64,000 bases of DNA from Eledone cirrhosa (taxonomy: Eukaryota). Below are positions 41,583-55,914 of the stretch, in pieces (the first letter of the stretch is position 1; each line of letters opens with the position of its first letter). The notes below the pieces were generated by a model. The model was not told where the DNA came from, did no database searches, and saw only the letters and a program-made list of their open reading frames with translations. The position numbers were made by a program, and so were the translations under genes. The stretch lies in contig OZ024740.1 of assembly GCA_964016885.1 (NCBI GenBank), forward strand, positions 42,718,001-42,782,000, read 5' to 3'.

Positions 41583-41905
41583 AAGTAGCAAAAGGAAAAA
41601 GAAAATACAGGAGAAAATGCTAGAGGGATTTTTTCAGTATAACATCAAAACATTTATTTATAAGGTAGGGATTTCCGCGTTTAATCGTGTACGGTTTCAG
41701 CTTTATATGCCTTTTCAACGACCGAAGTGTATAGTGCAGTTAAATTGCATATTTATACGAATAATAATAACATGGAGAACAATGTTTTTAGTTTGTACAT
41801 ACATATTTAGAGAGGAAAGTTAATATTTTTGTCCGAAGTTTTCTCTCGTTCTCTGTTAGTGTTGACCAACAGAGTTGGTAGCAATTTAAATTGTTGGCTT
41901 CGACT

Positions 41906-41938
<33 letters not shown>

Positions 41939-43324
41939 GATAACAAGTTATCGTTATAGGTAATCCAGTTAGATGTTGTGAGTACTCTGCGTCGTCGATA
42001 GTTTTAACGTACGACTTTTTTGACTCAACAAGATGCTTCCATAGTTATGTAGCGAGTTCGCAGTAATTTTTATGCAGATTATACTTGGAGTAATAATAGT
42101 TAAAGAATGTAGATTAACATGGTTGGCTGTACAATAAGGGCTTTATTTAAAGTACTGACAATTGTTTCGTTGATCATGTGGGTCTAGAGTTCGCTAATTG
42201 CTTGATATTGCGTTATTCGATCTCCAATACATTATTCACTTATGGTCAACACATCAAAGCATGTAGATATGAACATAATTCACTCGAGGCAAGACTTATA
42301 TAGAGAAATAGCGTATAATTAAAACAATAACATCAATAATAAAATAGCGTATAATCTAAACAATAACATTAATAATAATACATGTATGGTAAATAGGTAG
42401 AGAAGTTACAGATGTAAAAAGTAAAAGTAGAATATAAGATAGGGTACATAAAAAAGTAAGAAAAGGAGAGAATTGAAAATATAAAGAGGTAAATAAATAA
42501 ATAAGTGAGATCGTGTAAGTACATATTAGTAGTTTTGAGTAAGTGTTCTTATAAGGATTCGTTGGTGGGAAGCTAGATTCGAGATGTACATAGATACGTG
42601 TAAAGGGTCTGATAAAAGAGACAATAAATTAGGGATTAATTGCTGGATGTATGTATGATATTTATGGGCTAGGGATGACGGGACATTTGATAAACGCTTG
42701 TTGTAAATGTTTTGCTGATTGTTCTATCTTAATGGGGTTGATGTTGTTTCAAGGAGAGAGGATGAAAGAAATGTTCAAAGATTTATGATCCAGTGACCAG
42801 TTGGCCGTTTTATAGCTAATAGCAGTGCGATGGGGTATATTCTATATGTTAAAATCTAGGTGGTTCAGTACTAATTTTGTTATTGCTGGTTCAATTCATG
42901 GTGGTTTAAAGTTTGTGAATCTAGTAGCTATTTTATGTCTACAGAAATTAGACCTTTTTATTTTTCTGTTAAGCAGCAGCCGTCGTACCTTAAAATATGT
43001 AGTAGTTCTAAATTAGAAAGCCCGCAATGGGACATACCAGCTAATCTTATTTTCTAGGTTACTGTCCTTAAGGACAGTAACCTTTATTGGCGAGCGTCGT
43101 AGATTTCTCCAGTGCACGGTTCTTCATGGAGTGTCTGTGGACGTACCACCTTTTCTTAAACTCCCCAGACGTGGAATCTATGTAGTACCAGGTAGAATTG
43201 CCAGAATTCACAGTACACCGGTATAACATACTTGAATCCCGGCATCTATTCCGTAGTGGGCATTTATCTGTTCTTCACATTTATTATTACTATATATATA
43301 TATATTCATATATCTAGGATTTTC

Positions 43325-43508
43325 TTACATCTGTTGTAAGAACACCTCTCTGGTTGGCCATCACAGCTTCCTACCGCTGGCCATATTGGATAATGTGGGC
43401 CATCTGACCTTTGGCCACCCTCTTGTTCTTCTCCACTGCCTTAGTGTCCACTCTGTCACTCTAACAATACACCGATTTACTCTGAAAAGAGAGACGTGGC
43501 CAGCCAGC
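43325..43508 (-). mobile_element. RTE LINE 3' fragment
   Basis: Minus frame LAGHVS…VTEWTLRQWRRTRGWPKVRW is typical of the RTE C-terminus. Confidence 0.55.
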
Positions 43509-43531
43509 CCCCCCCTCTCTATATATATACA

Positions 43532-44746
43532 CAGCGTGCGGACGGTATTTGAGGAGAGATTTATGGTTTTAAAAAACGCTTATATAATAACGGAAAAAAA
43601 CTGTATTCTTATAAAAATAACATAAACATAAAGCTAAATTATCAATTTAATAATTTCATTCACTAAAATTACCATAATCATCAATAACTACTTCTACATG
43701 TGGTTGAAATCGTTTGCAAGCTCAGATTAAGTGGTCCTTATTCATATCGGACAGACTCGAACTATCGCGGCTTTCAAAGAATCTTTGGTGCTATGGGGGT
43801 GTTCATTGACATTTTTCTCAACGATGCTCCATACTTAGTAGTCCAGTGGAATGAGATCTGGAGAATTAGGAGGCCAAATGTTGGGGGTGATGTGATCATG
43901 CACTTTTACGGCCATCCATTCTTGTGTCATTTGAGCCTTGTGTGATGGTGCAGAATCTTGTTGCATACAATCTTGATCCAAGGATGAACATCTTTATCCA
44001 GAACCTCAATATACGCAGCAGAAGGCCTTGTGGAAAAAAGTGAGGAGGATCACATCTCGTTCATTGCTAACAACACCCAAAACCATGACACTTGCAGGAA
44101 ATGTTGTGTGCATTACTCTTGGAACCTTAGAAGGGTTGGCACATAGCCACCTGTCATTTCTTTTGTTAGTTTTCTGGTCCTGGTCAAAGTTTTTCTCATC
44201 TGCAAAAATCCAAATCACACCATCTTCTGATGGATTTTTAAGTTTGTTCTAAAGTCTTTTGGGTCTGATTAAATGGGGATTTTTTTCTGACATGCATTGA
44301 CCTCTTCTCAGCACGTAAGATTTGTATCTGATGTCTTCATGCACAACATTTCTGATTGTTTTTCTGACACCAAAACTTTTTACAATTGACCTCATTGATT
44401 TTCCTGGATTGTCATCAATGTTTTGCTTACCTTCCTGAATAAATTCAGGTGTCCTGATAGAATCAGAGCATTTGGAATATTTTTTACTTTTTGATACAGG
44501 TAATACGCTTCCATCTTCTTTTCTCTAACTCACACCGAATTTTGTGGACAAAAGATCTTGCAACTTTCTGAATACGAGAAATTTCTAAATCACCATGCTT
44601 AGCCTTCAAAGCCATAACCACAACATGCCTTTTCATTAAGCATAGTTAATTTCATTGTTATTTTCTGAAATAGAAGTTCAATAAAAATTAGTCAAATAAA
44701 ATAATGACTAAAAATGCATGTGTCCTGAAATACCATCCGCACCCTG
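43532..44746 (-). mobile_element. Tc1/mariner DD37D (maT-type) transposon, decayed
   Basis: TIRs CAGCGTGCGGACGGTATTTGAGGA / TCCTGAAATACCATCCGCACCCTG followed by TA. Motifs IFADEKNF, NDRWL, VMVLGVVS, QQDSAP and WPPNSPDLIPLDY; the 2nd and 3rd Asp codons are 114 nt apart (D37D). Confidence 0.9.
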
Positions 44747-44759
44747 TATATGTCTTGGG

Positions 44760-45005
44760 TGGGTAAAATTCCCGATATCCATGGACAAGTTCTCTCCAGC
44801 GGTCTCTGTCCCTCATCATCGTTGTCGTGTCCTGCGTCTCCAAGAGACCAGTGTCTGTCCTTAGGGCATCAACATATGTTAACCTCGGTCTTCCTCTTCC
44901 AGTGTGTCCATGCAGGGGTTTCCACAGAAGCACTGAATGCAGTGTCAACTCTGGATCTCGATGAGCATGTCGAGCTAACCTCAGTCGCCTCTGTGTCACT
45001 TTCGA
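44760..45005 (-). mobile_element. RTE LINE 3' fragment
   Basis: RRLRLARH…VLLWKPLHGHTGRGRPRLTYVDALRTDTG…MRDRDRWR. Confidence 0.75.
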
Positions 45006-45305
45006 GCTGACTTTTGAGAGGCTCCCGTACAGCTCTTATATATATCTCTGTACTTGTCGTCACATATATACATGTATACATATATATACATATGTGTATC
45101 CGATCGATTTTAAGTCTCTTATAGTGTTACTCCATTGATAATGGGTTTTTAAACCAAAACATTTAGCATCGTTAAATTTACTAAGGTAACATTCGTTTGT
45201 CATCTTGGCAATTTAACAATCTTAATAACGCATTGTTTTGGTGTTCAAAATTTAAATGTGTGTCTCCTATTAAACAATTCTTCAAGAAAACTATACATCG
45301 CGCTG

Positions 45306-45350
<45 letters not shown>

Positions 45351-45353
<3 letters not shown>

Positions 45354-45928
45354 TTTCTGAATTTGTTTAGCTAGATTCTTTATCTGAAAACGTGTGTTGA
45401 AACCGATATTGTTATACTTTGGGAGGGTCATGTTGGCAATAAGAAACACACGCACCAGTTGCTTTCACTTCAATTTATTATGCTACATTTATAAATTTAG
45501 GAATTTATAAATTTCCGGTTGGTTGGTTGGTTCCACAACCAGATGGTTGTTTATATATTGTCAAAGTTCTTTCGTCACACATTCTGTGACCGCTTCAGTG
45601 ACTGGGGATTCTTTTCTTTGTTTTTCGTGCCTCTCCGTTGTTCTGTCCCACGCCATCTTGTTTTTCAGAAAAACAAGATGGCGTGGGACAGAACAAAGGA
45701 GAGGCACAAAAAACAAAGAAAAGAATCCCCAGTCACTGGAGAGGTCACAGAATGTGTGACGAAAGAACTTTGACAATATATAAACAACCATCTGGTTGTG
45801 GAACCAACCAACCAACCAACTGGAAATTTATAAATTCCTAAATTTATAAATTTATTATAATAAATTATAGTGAAAGCAACTGGTGCGTGTGTTTCTTATT
45901 GGCAACATGACCCTCCCAAAGTATAACA
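45351..45928. mobile_element. Fold-back of PLE pLTR (family of 250/37135), arms about 260 bp
   Basis: 45410-45666 is inverted relative to 45668-45928; HHR cores mutated in both arms (CUGAAGC, CUGGAGA); (TA)n flanks. Confidence 0.9.
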
Positions 45929-45978
<50 letters not shown>

Positions 45979-45979
45979 A

Positions 45980-46013
<34 letters not shown>

Positions 46014-47243
46014 TAGATACATATACATATATATACACTCATATATATATATATATGGTATATATATAATATATATATATGGTACATATATAATATATAT
46101 ATATAATGGGAATTCCATTAACAGTTTTGAATTAAAAACCTCTGCTGTCACATATACACCTAAAAATGCTCTGATTTAAATAATTCTATCATAAATACTG
46201 ATACAAAAGAGACTTGATATAAATTCGTTAATCTAAAGCATTTTTTCAGTATAGTAAATTACCAGAGAGAATTCGTTTATCAATAGAATGCTATTTAGCA
46301 ATTAATGTTTTTCTCAATCGCATGAAACGAAAAATAAATAAATATTTAAAACATAGTCACGTAATTCGAGACAAGAAGAAATTTATATTATTTTCATTTC
46401 AAATATTTTTCAAATGTTTGGAAATTAAATCGTAATATGAATCTGCAATTGATGAAAATTCGTTAAATCTTTTTTGTTTAAATAAAACTTGATATATATC
46501 GCCTTAGGTACATTTTTTCAGAGTTATACAAGTGAAAACTCTAATTAATTGAAATGTACAAATTTCAAAATATTCACAAAGCCGAAACTAATATGCCTTT
46601 TATACTTTATTATAAATTAGCTGTGTTTGGCGTTAAATATCACATTTTTACTCGAGAAAATAAAAGAGTTCATTTACTATAAACCGTGTAACATATTTTT
46701 GTTCCCCGAGTCTAAGTATCATTTCATGGTCTGTTATATCCCATTATTATCAAAAACACTATTATTTAATCAGAAGTTTATGTTTGTTGTCAGGAGTTTG
46801 ATATTTCGAAATTTTTATATTTTTCAAGAAAAAACAAATTTTTTTTTAATTTATCAGTTCACAAAATTGAATAAACAGAGTATATATTTATTTTATTACA
46901 CAAGCTTATCAAAAGTAAACAATTAAAAACAAATAACACTTATAAAGCAACTTATACACGTCAGAAATGACTGGATTTCCTGGATTTGCGGTTGTAGTCC
47001 AGGTCGCATCCCCCATTAACCCCCAGATATAATTCCCCATCATTCTTTCATTGTAGTGGCCCTGGTACCTCCGCTCTATCTCTTTCACATCTTGGTGGGA
47101 TCCTTTTTTTTTCGTCTTTCTGTGGTCGATAAATTAAGTAACATTAAAGATCTAGGTATGGTATAGTTGACATTATTCCTACCTTTGCCGACATGTGTCA
47201 ACTTAGAAATCAACATTGCAAAGTATACTAGTATATGCTCCAC

Positions 47244-47303
<60 letters not shown>

Positions 47304-47536
47304 AAATATTGTTTTTTTTATAAAAGCAATATAAAGATTGGAAGGTGGAGAAGTTAAAACAGCTCAAAATACACTACTTTATTATAATAAACAGTACAAA
47401 AGATTATTTTTCATAATTCCTTGAAAGATTCTTCAAACAAGCATGTGTACAGAATCCTATTATGTTAAAATTAATAATTACGCGTGAAACAAATTATTCA
47501 TTAAAGTAATTACAAAATGCGTTTTTACATTAATAT

Positions 47537-47580
47537 TGATTTACCAACGTTTCGTCGCTTACTGGGACTTATCAAAATCA
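47537..47580 (-). ncRNA. Minimal type I hammerhead with U3-A8 covariant core
   Basis: UGAUU-UUGAUAA-GUC-CCAGUAAGC-GAC-GAAA-CGUUGG-UA-AAUCA; stem I UGAUU/AAUCA. Confidence 0.7.
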
Positions 47581-47696
47581 TTTATTTATAAGTAAATATC
47601 TCATTATAAAGTTTGCGAAACAGCACTAGAACTCAAAGAATTTGTTTACATTTAATCAATATTTAATGTAAAAACGTATTTGGTAATTATTATAAA

Positions 47697-47782
<86 letters not shown>

Positions 47783-47785
<3 letters not shown>

Positions 47786-48230
47786 GCAACTGCCAAAATA
47801 AGGAAGCAATCGAAAATTAATGCCTGACGAATGACATCGTATATAAATGTGATGTAATCTGAGGCACTGGTGACAACAACAAAAAGACTTATATCGGAAT
47901 GACTTCCAACAACTTTAAAACCTGGTGGTATGCCCATACCCACTCATTCAGAAGACCGGACAAATCCAATCAGACAACACTCGACTCCTACATCTGGGAG
48001 CTCAAGCGGAACTCCACCCCTTTCACGCTCAAATGTAAATTACTCCAGAAAGCGCGCTCATACATGGGAGGGTACAATTGTTGTGACCTATATATTTCAG
48101 AGAGCTACGAAATACTATTTGCCAAGGGCCCGACTCTGAACAAACTCTCTGAACACTGCCCGAATTGCATGCACAATAGCTTTGCAACTTTCAAATATCT
48201 TAAGCCAGTGTTGAAGCCAGTTGGATAATT
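47783..48230 (+). mobile_element. PLE GIY-YIG 3' fragment
   Basis: …TYIGMTSNNFK…HSFR…TTLDSYIWELK…ARSY…CDLYISE…LNK. Confidence 0.75.
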
Positions 48231-48417
48231 TAAAAAAAAACGGATTCGACAAAATATCCCTCTCCCTCCATTCCAACCTGCCCCCTACCCCTATCAAGAA
48301 CCGCCTGACGGTACTCTGGTTGTGTAAGTACTTCTTACCTATTTGCCTTTTTCACATGTATAACGTACTTGAATTTTGCCTGTAAGTGTATATATATATA
48401 TATACATATATATATAT

Positions 48418-50550
48418 GAAAACAGAGAGAAAGAGACGAATATGAGGAAGAAATATATATATATATATATATATGTTTTCCTTTTTTTTGTCTCTCTCTC
48501 TCTTTTTTCTGGGTTAGAAAATGATTAAAACGAAATGTTTTACTTTGTGTGAAGTGTTAAGGTATTAGTTGATTTATTTATTATATAACAATGGCATTTA
48601 TCTATTTATATATTTAATTATTGTCTAATACCGGTTTCTGCATTTATATGCATTATCAAATGATAGTGAAATGTATTAGTGTGGTGTCGCACATGTTAAA
48701 CAGAAGGTGCAGAAAGAATAATATTATATACAAACAAGGTTTAAGAAGTGAAAAGAAAAAAGAAAAAGGAAAAAAAAACCCTGCATAATGTGGAACGTAA
48801 AAAGTCAATGTGCAGGAAAAGTTAATATTATTTACAAGCACAGTCATTGAAGTTAAGCAGTTCAAAATGTGTTAATATCGCGGAAGTGTTTAATTTAACC
48901 ATGGTTCTGTGAAGGAGGCAAATGGTGGACTGTGGTTTGATATGATTTCCCTTTTTAGAGAGTTAATATGCAGGGGAAGCAATTCTTGCTGGGTGATATT
49001 TAATTTATTTAAGAAAAAGGATTATGTAGGGAGTGAGGGAGGTAACTCTTAAATGTTTGATGGTATGTTACAGTTTTAGAAAGGTCCGAATTTCAGGGCA
49101 TTGAGTACTGGTTGAAATTTATTAATGTAATGTGTTTCCTTATTGGTGCGTTGGATGAAAGTAATGTTGTCTATGAATTTGTAAATGGGGAAAATTTTAA
49201 AGTTTGGAAGTTCGTTGAGAGCACAATTGGCGATATGTTTACTAAATGCAATATTTCTGTATTCCTGTATTTTAATTTATGATTTATGGACGGTCATACG
49301 TTGACCGAGGCTCTTTTTTGTCTGTCCTATATAGTGCTCTAGACAACCTGAGCAAGTCAAAACATAGATAAGGTTTTCAGATGCACATGTAAAGTTGTGT
49401 TTAACTGTGAAACGTTGTCCTTGTTTAAAATGGAATGTTGAACCTACTATTAGATTTATGCATATGCCACAGTTGGGCCTTCCGCATTTTGTTACGGTAG
49501 GGTTTATTGTGAAGGTTTGTTGGATTTTGGCTTGTGTGAGGATGTTTTTTATGGATTTGGGTTGTCTTTTGCTCTTTATGATGTTGTGTGTTTGGAGGAT
49601 ATTGTTCATTCTTGGGTCTCTTTTTAGTAAAGGAATGTTCTGGAGGATGGTATCGAATGCCTCATTGTTGAGGGGGTTGTGTGTGGAGATGTATGGTAGA
49701 GTTTTTTTGTTGCGGTTCACTCCTGGGTTTGGGGTGTCTGAGTTCCTGGATGTCTAGTTTTAGGGCACGTTGGAATCCATTGGTGATTAGGGATGGTGGG
49801 TAGCTTCTGCTGATAAGTGTTTTTTAATTCTTCTAGTCGTGTGTAGCATGTGTATTTATGTGAAACTATTGTGCAGATCCAACACACCAATGCCCTGAAA
49901 TTTGGACCTTTCTAAAACTGCAACAAACCATCAAACATTTACAAAAGTTACCTCCCTCACACACTACATAATCCTTTTTCTTAAATAAATTAAATATCAC
50001 CCGGCAAGAATTGCTTCCCCCTGCATATTAACTCTCTAAAAAGGGAAATCATATCAAACCACAGTCCACCATTTGCCTCCTTCACGGAACCATGGTTCAA
50101 CTAAACACGCTTGCGATATTAACATATTTTGAACTGCTTAACTTCAATGACTGTTCTTGTAAATAACATTAACTTTTCTCCCACGTTGACATTTAACGTT
50201 CCACATTATGCACGTTTTTTTTTTCCTTTTTCTTTTTTCTTTTCACTTCTTAAACCTTGTTTGTATATAATATTATTCTTTCTGCACCTTCTGTTTAACA
50301 TGCGAGACCGCACTAATACATTTCACTATCATTTGATAATGCATATAAATGCAGAAACCGGTAATATACAATCATTAAATATATAAATAGATAAATAAAT
50401 GCCATTGTTAAATAATAAATAAATCAACTAATACCTTAACACTTCACACAAAGTAAAACATTTCGTTTTAATCATTTTCTAACCCAGAAAAAAGAGAGAG
50501 ACAAAAAAAAAATGTTTTTCTTCCTCATAATCGTCTCTTTCTCACTTTTC
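48418..50550 (-). mobile_element. PLE with GIY-YIG remnant and about 690-bp inverted terminal copy
   Basis: ORF 49277-49720 CGRPNCGIC…FTCASENLIYVLTCSGCLEHYIGQT. 48418-49110 is inverted relative to 49885-50550. U3-A8 HHR-like motifs at 48627-48661 (-) and 50331-50365 (+). Confidence 0.9.
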
Positions 50551-50598
50551 ATATATATATATATATCCTAACTTGTGTGCCTCCTCTCCACATTTTAT

Positions 50599-50683
<85 letters not shown>

Positions 50684-50684
50684 T

Positions 50685-50973
50685 AAGATATTAATAAATG
50701 GAAACTATATTTATCAAACCATATTTATTTTATTATTTATATTTCAAGGGCTACCAGGCCAAACTTGGTGCGCTTTCATCAGATAAAATACAAGATTTGT
50801 TTTATAAATAATGACATACTCATGGAAATCAACCTTGACGGTCGGAAATTCGCTGGAAATTCACTTGTATTTTATCTGATGAAAGCGCACCAAGGTGTGC
50901 TTGGTCGCCCTTGAAATATATATAATAACATAAATATGGTTTTATAAATATAGTTGCCATTTATTAATATCTT
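50685..50973. mobile_element. Short fold-back element with an HHR-like motif in each arm
   Basis: Arms 50685-50794 and 50864-50973; CUGAUGA-AAGCGCACCAAG…CUUGGUCGCCCUU-GAAA-UAUA; a related decayed copy is at about 58898-58980. Confidence 0.75.
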
Positions 50974-51079
50974 GGAATATTTATTCCACTAACCTGTTAA
51001 GTGTTCTATATCAGTTATAAACATTTATGTTTGTTGGAATTCCAACAAATTAAATACAACTTCTACACACACACACACA

Positions 51080-51166
<87 letters not shown>

Positions 51167-51167
51167 A

Positions 51168-53815
51168 AAGCTGTTAGCTGGGCCCGCGTGACAGAAGCCA
51201 AAAGAGGGAGCAGTTCCACTATCCCGTCTTTGCGAGACCAGGATGGACGGGTGATCCTTGAACCTAAGCAGATGTGCGAGGCTTTTCAAAAGCACTTTGC
51301 CGGATTGTTCGGTTGGGGATGTGGACTTCGGTCTATACCTCGACGGCCTGCCGCGTCTCTCGGACAGGGAGGCGAAATCCTGCGAGGAGCCGATTTCAGC
51401 CGCTGAGATAGAGGACGTGCTGAGCCAATGCGGCAAACGCAAATCCCCGGGTCTCGATGGTCTTCCATACGAACTGTATCTAGCTATGCCGGACTTGTTC
51501 CCCGATCTCCTCGAGGCGGTCTACTGCGACTATCAATAGAACGGGAGAATTCCCAGTGCTGTGACCAAGGGCTTAGTCACGCTAGTGAGGAAGGACGAGA
51601 ACAAGGGTGACGATATAAATAATTTCAGACCCATAACTCTGCTAAATAGAGAGTTACAGATTTTGGCCAAGGTGCTAGCAAAGAGGTTGGCGCTTGTCGT
51701 GGGCAACCTGGTGGGAGATGCGCAGACATGTACTATACCGTCCATGTCCATCCACGACAACCTGCACCTCATGCGATACATCATAGAGAGGGTTGGGAAC
51801 GAACCCGGCTTTGGTGGGGCCCTGATAAATCTAAGGCGTTCGATAGGGTCGACCATGGTTACCTGGATGCGGTGCTAGCGGCGGCAGGCTTCGAACCCGT
51901 TTTCAAGGGCTGGATCAATGCCATGCAAAGCAGCCGCATTTCCTCTAGGGTCAAGGTGAACGGCTACCTCTCGGAGCCGTTCGAAATCGCGTGGTCCATC
52001 CGACAAGAGTGCCCTCTCTCCTCCCTTCTGTATGTGATGACTCTAGAGCCACTGCTGCGGAAGTTGGAGTTGTTGCAGGGCATCCCGTTGGAACCGGGAT
52101 TGCGGAAAGCGGTGTCTGCCTACGCCGACGACGTGACAGTAATGGTGTCGGCGGCCTCGGAAATCAGGGTGGTCGGCACCTTACTGGAGGAGTACGAAAG
52201 GTTTACAGGGGTTAAGCTGAACCGGGACAAGTCGATCGGTCTGCAGCTCGGCACGTGGAGGGGAAGATCGATGCCCTCCGATGGCGTCGTCGGGCGCTGG
52301 ACGGAGGGCCCGGTGAAGTTGCTCAGGGTCTGGTTCGGACCAGAACTCCAGGTGGAGAAGAACTGGGGTGAGGTAACGAACAGGGTGTTTGCACTGACCC
52401 AGAAGTGGGCCGAGTGTAAACTGTCCCTGAAAGGTCGGGCGGAGGTGGCGAACACTTATATAGCGCCCATCATCTACTACCGCTTGACCGTTGTGCCTTG
52501 CCCAAGGGAAACGCTCGCCAAAATGGAGCGCGCACTCTTCCAATTCCTTTGGAAGAAGCGGGCTCCTATGGTGAGGAGATCCATCTGCTGTCAACACCCT
52601 TTGAAAGGAGGGCTGGGGATGCCGTGGCTAATGATACGTAAACACGCATTAAGGCTACTGTACCTGCAGGTATTCCTCACCGGTCAACCGGTGTGGGCCC
52701 CGTTTGTGAGACGAGCCTTTCCCAGACTCGTCTCACTCACCGAGCTGCAATCCTGGGTCAAGCAAAGACCGAGAAAACTGGGTGCCTGGCACACCGAGTG
52801 TGCCCAGGCGCTCACGGCTCTCTGGCAGGCGGACCCGGCTGTCAGTGTAGAATCCACCTCGTTATTCTATAGAGGGCTGGTGGTTAGCAGGTGCGACGAC
52901 GCCCTCGGAGAAGCCCTAGGCATGGAGGAAGACGAACTGGCCAACCTGTTCGGTAGGACATTCAGCCCGGGACCCATGGATAACTTCCAGAGGTCCCTGG
53001 CCTGGCAGTGCTACCGAGGGGCTCTACCCGTTCGAGAAAGGCTCTACAGACACGGGCGCCCGGGTAGGGACCCCTCGACAAAGATCTGTCCCAGATGCGT
53101 GTGCGACGAGGAAACCGTTGCACACGCATTGTTACAGTGCTCGGGCGTAGCCGATCTGTGGGGCTATGTCGAACAACTGCTCTCAAGGGTGGGACCGATC
53201 CGGTTGACCACCGAGTCTATTGTAATGATCAAGCCGCCTCCCCCCTTCAAAGATGAAGCAGAGGCGGTGTTTCTGTGCGTAATAGCCATGGCGAAAGAGG
53301 TTGTATGGTGGACGCGTCTGAAAGGACTGAGGTCGGGCACCTTTCTCTCTATATAGGAGGTGAGTCTGAAAGGACTGAGGTCAGACACCTTTCTCTCTGG
53401 CCAACAACCAGTCCGTTTCTTCCGATATCATTTCGGAAGAAGGAAGAGGATGGAGAGAGAGGTGCTGCACCCCAGCCGTTTCTATGAAAGATGGATGAAA
53501 GTGGCGAGAATGGCCCGTGTGAATGGGCCTTCACTCTACATCAGACTATAGGTGAGGAAGATGAAAGACCAAGGGAGCACGCCCTCTCTGTGCTCCTGAG
53601 GAGAAGGGTTGCACAGTTTTTTTCGGGGGTGTATGCGACCTCCCAAGGCGCATCCTCCCTATTGAGGATTTTGTTATAAAATTTATTTTGTTATATTTTA
53701 TTTTATTTTTATACATTTTTATTGCCTTCTCCTTATTGAGGACGCCTTGATATGTAAACTCCCCCCATTGTACTTGTCCCACTTTTTGATGCCCTGGTGG
53801 CAAATAATAAGAAAG

Positions 53816-53817
<2 letters not shown>
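51168..53817 (+). mobile_element. Tx1/L1-clade LINE, 5'-truncated, copy 1 (RT and CCHC), disrupted
   Basis: KSPGLDGLPYELY, NFRPITLLN, KAFDRVDH, RQECPLS, AYADD, GGLG, CPRC…H…C. Stop at 51537-51539 and frameshift near 51830; (TCTA)n on both sides. Confidence 0.9.
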
Positions 53818-53891
<74 letters not shown>

Positions 53892-55420
53892 ACATGGAGG
53901 GGCAGACCGATGCCCTCCGATAGCGTCGTCGGACGCTGGACGGAGGGCCCGGTGAAGTTGCTCGGGGTCTGGTTCGGACCGGACCTCCAGGTGGAGAAAA
54001 ACTGGGCGGAGGTTACGAACAGGGTGTTTGCACTGACCCAGAAGTGGGCCAGTTGCAAACTATCCCTGAAAGGTCGGGCGGAGGTGGCGAACACCTACAT
54101 AGCGTCCGTCATCTACTACCGCCTGACCGTAGTACCCTGCCCAAGGGAAACCCTCACCAAGATGGAGTGCGCGCTCTTCCAATTCCTTTGGAAGAGGCGG
54201 GCTCCTATGGTGAGGAGATCCATCTGCTGTCAACACCCTTCGAAAGGAGGGCTGGGGATGCCGTGGCTAATGATGCGTAAACACGCATTAAGGCTACGGC
54301 ACCTCTACGTATTCCTCACCGGACAACCGGTGTGGGCCTCGTTTGTGAGACGAACCTTTCCCAGACTCGTCTCACTCACCGAGCTGCAATCCTGGGTCAA
54401 GCAGAGACCGAGAAAACTGGGCGCCTGGCACACTGAGTGTGCCCAGGCGCTCACCGCCCTCTGGCAGGCGGATCCGGTTATCAGTGGAGACTCCACCGCA
54501 ACATTCTATAGAGGGCTGGTACGCAGCAGGTGCGACGACGCCCTCGGAGAAGCCCTAGACATGGAGGAGGACGAACTGGCCAGCCTGTTCGGTAGGACAT
54601 TCAGCCCGGGACCTATGGACAACTTCCAGAAGTCCCTGGCCTGGCAGTGCTACCGAGGGGCTTTACCCGTTCGAGAAAGGCTCTACAGACACGGGCGCCC
54701 GGGTAGGGACCCCGCCAAAAAGATCTGTCCCAGATGCGTGTGCGACGAGGAAACCGTTGCACACGCATTAGTACACTGCTCGGGCGTAGCCGATCTGTGG
54801 GGCTATGTCGAACAACTGCTGTCAAGGGTGGGACCGATCCGGTTGACCACCGAGTCTATTGTAATGATCAAGCCGCCCCCCCCCCCCCCCCCCTTCAAAG
54901 ATGAAGCAGAGGCGGTGTTTCTGTGCGTAATAGCCATGGCGAAAGAGGTTGTATGGTGGACGCGTCTGAAAGGACTGAGGTCGGGCACCTTTCTCTCTGG
55001 CCAACAACTGGTCCGTTTCTTCCGATATCATTTCGGAAGAAGGATCAGGATGGAGAGAGAGGTGCTGCACCCCAGCCGTTTCTATGAAAGATGGGTGAAA
55101 GTGGCGAGAATGGCCCGTGTGAATGGGCCTTCACTCTACATCAGACTATAGGTGAGGAAGATGAAAGACCAAGGGAGCACCCCTTCTCTGTGCTCCTGAG
55201 GAGAAGGGTTGCACACTTTTTTCGGGGGAGTGTGCGACCCCCCAAGGCGCCTCCTCTCTATTGAGGATTTTGTTAAAAATTTTATTTTTTGTTATATCTT
55301 ATTTTATTTTTATATTTTGTTATTGCCTCCTCCTTATTGAGGACGCCTTTTTGTGTAAACTCCCCCCTTTGTACTTGTCCCACTTTTGATGCCCTAGTGG
55401 CAAATAAAAGAAATATATCT
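53892..55420 (+). mobile_element. Tx1/L1-clade LINE, more truncated copy 2
   Basis: ORF 53910-55151 is highly similar to the C-terminal half of copy 1; same 3' UTR with AATAAA, then TATCTATCTA. Confidence 0.9.
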
Positions 55421-55428
55421 ATCTATCT

Positions 55429-55535
<107 letters not shown>

Positions 55536-55914
55536 AGGTGAGTTTTATTGTAGCACAATAAAGCAATGCCAATCTTCATGCATAAACCCAATTAACTTTT
55601 AATTTCAAATTCTGTTAAATTATCTATTATCTTCCAACGGCTTTTTAACTTCTCTCTGTGAGACAATATATATTTTTTTCTCAGTTGTAAAGGCTATCTC
55701 TCTCTATCACCCATCTCTCCTCCTCTCTAATCCTTCCTTCTTATACTGCTCCCCCACCATTCTTTAATCTCATCTCCTCCTCTTCTTTACCTTTTCCAAC
55801 CCCCCTCCTCACTTTTTCCCAATCTCATACATCAATCTTAAATTATTTTTCATATGTTGATTTAAAACTTCACTATTCACAAGTGTTTTTTAAGCTTCAT
55901 ATCATGTATCCCTA

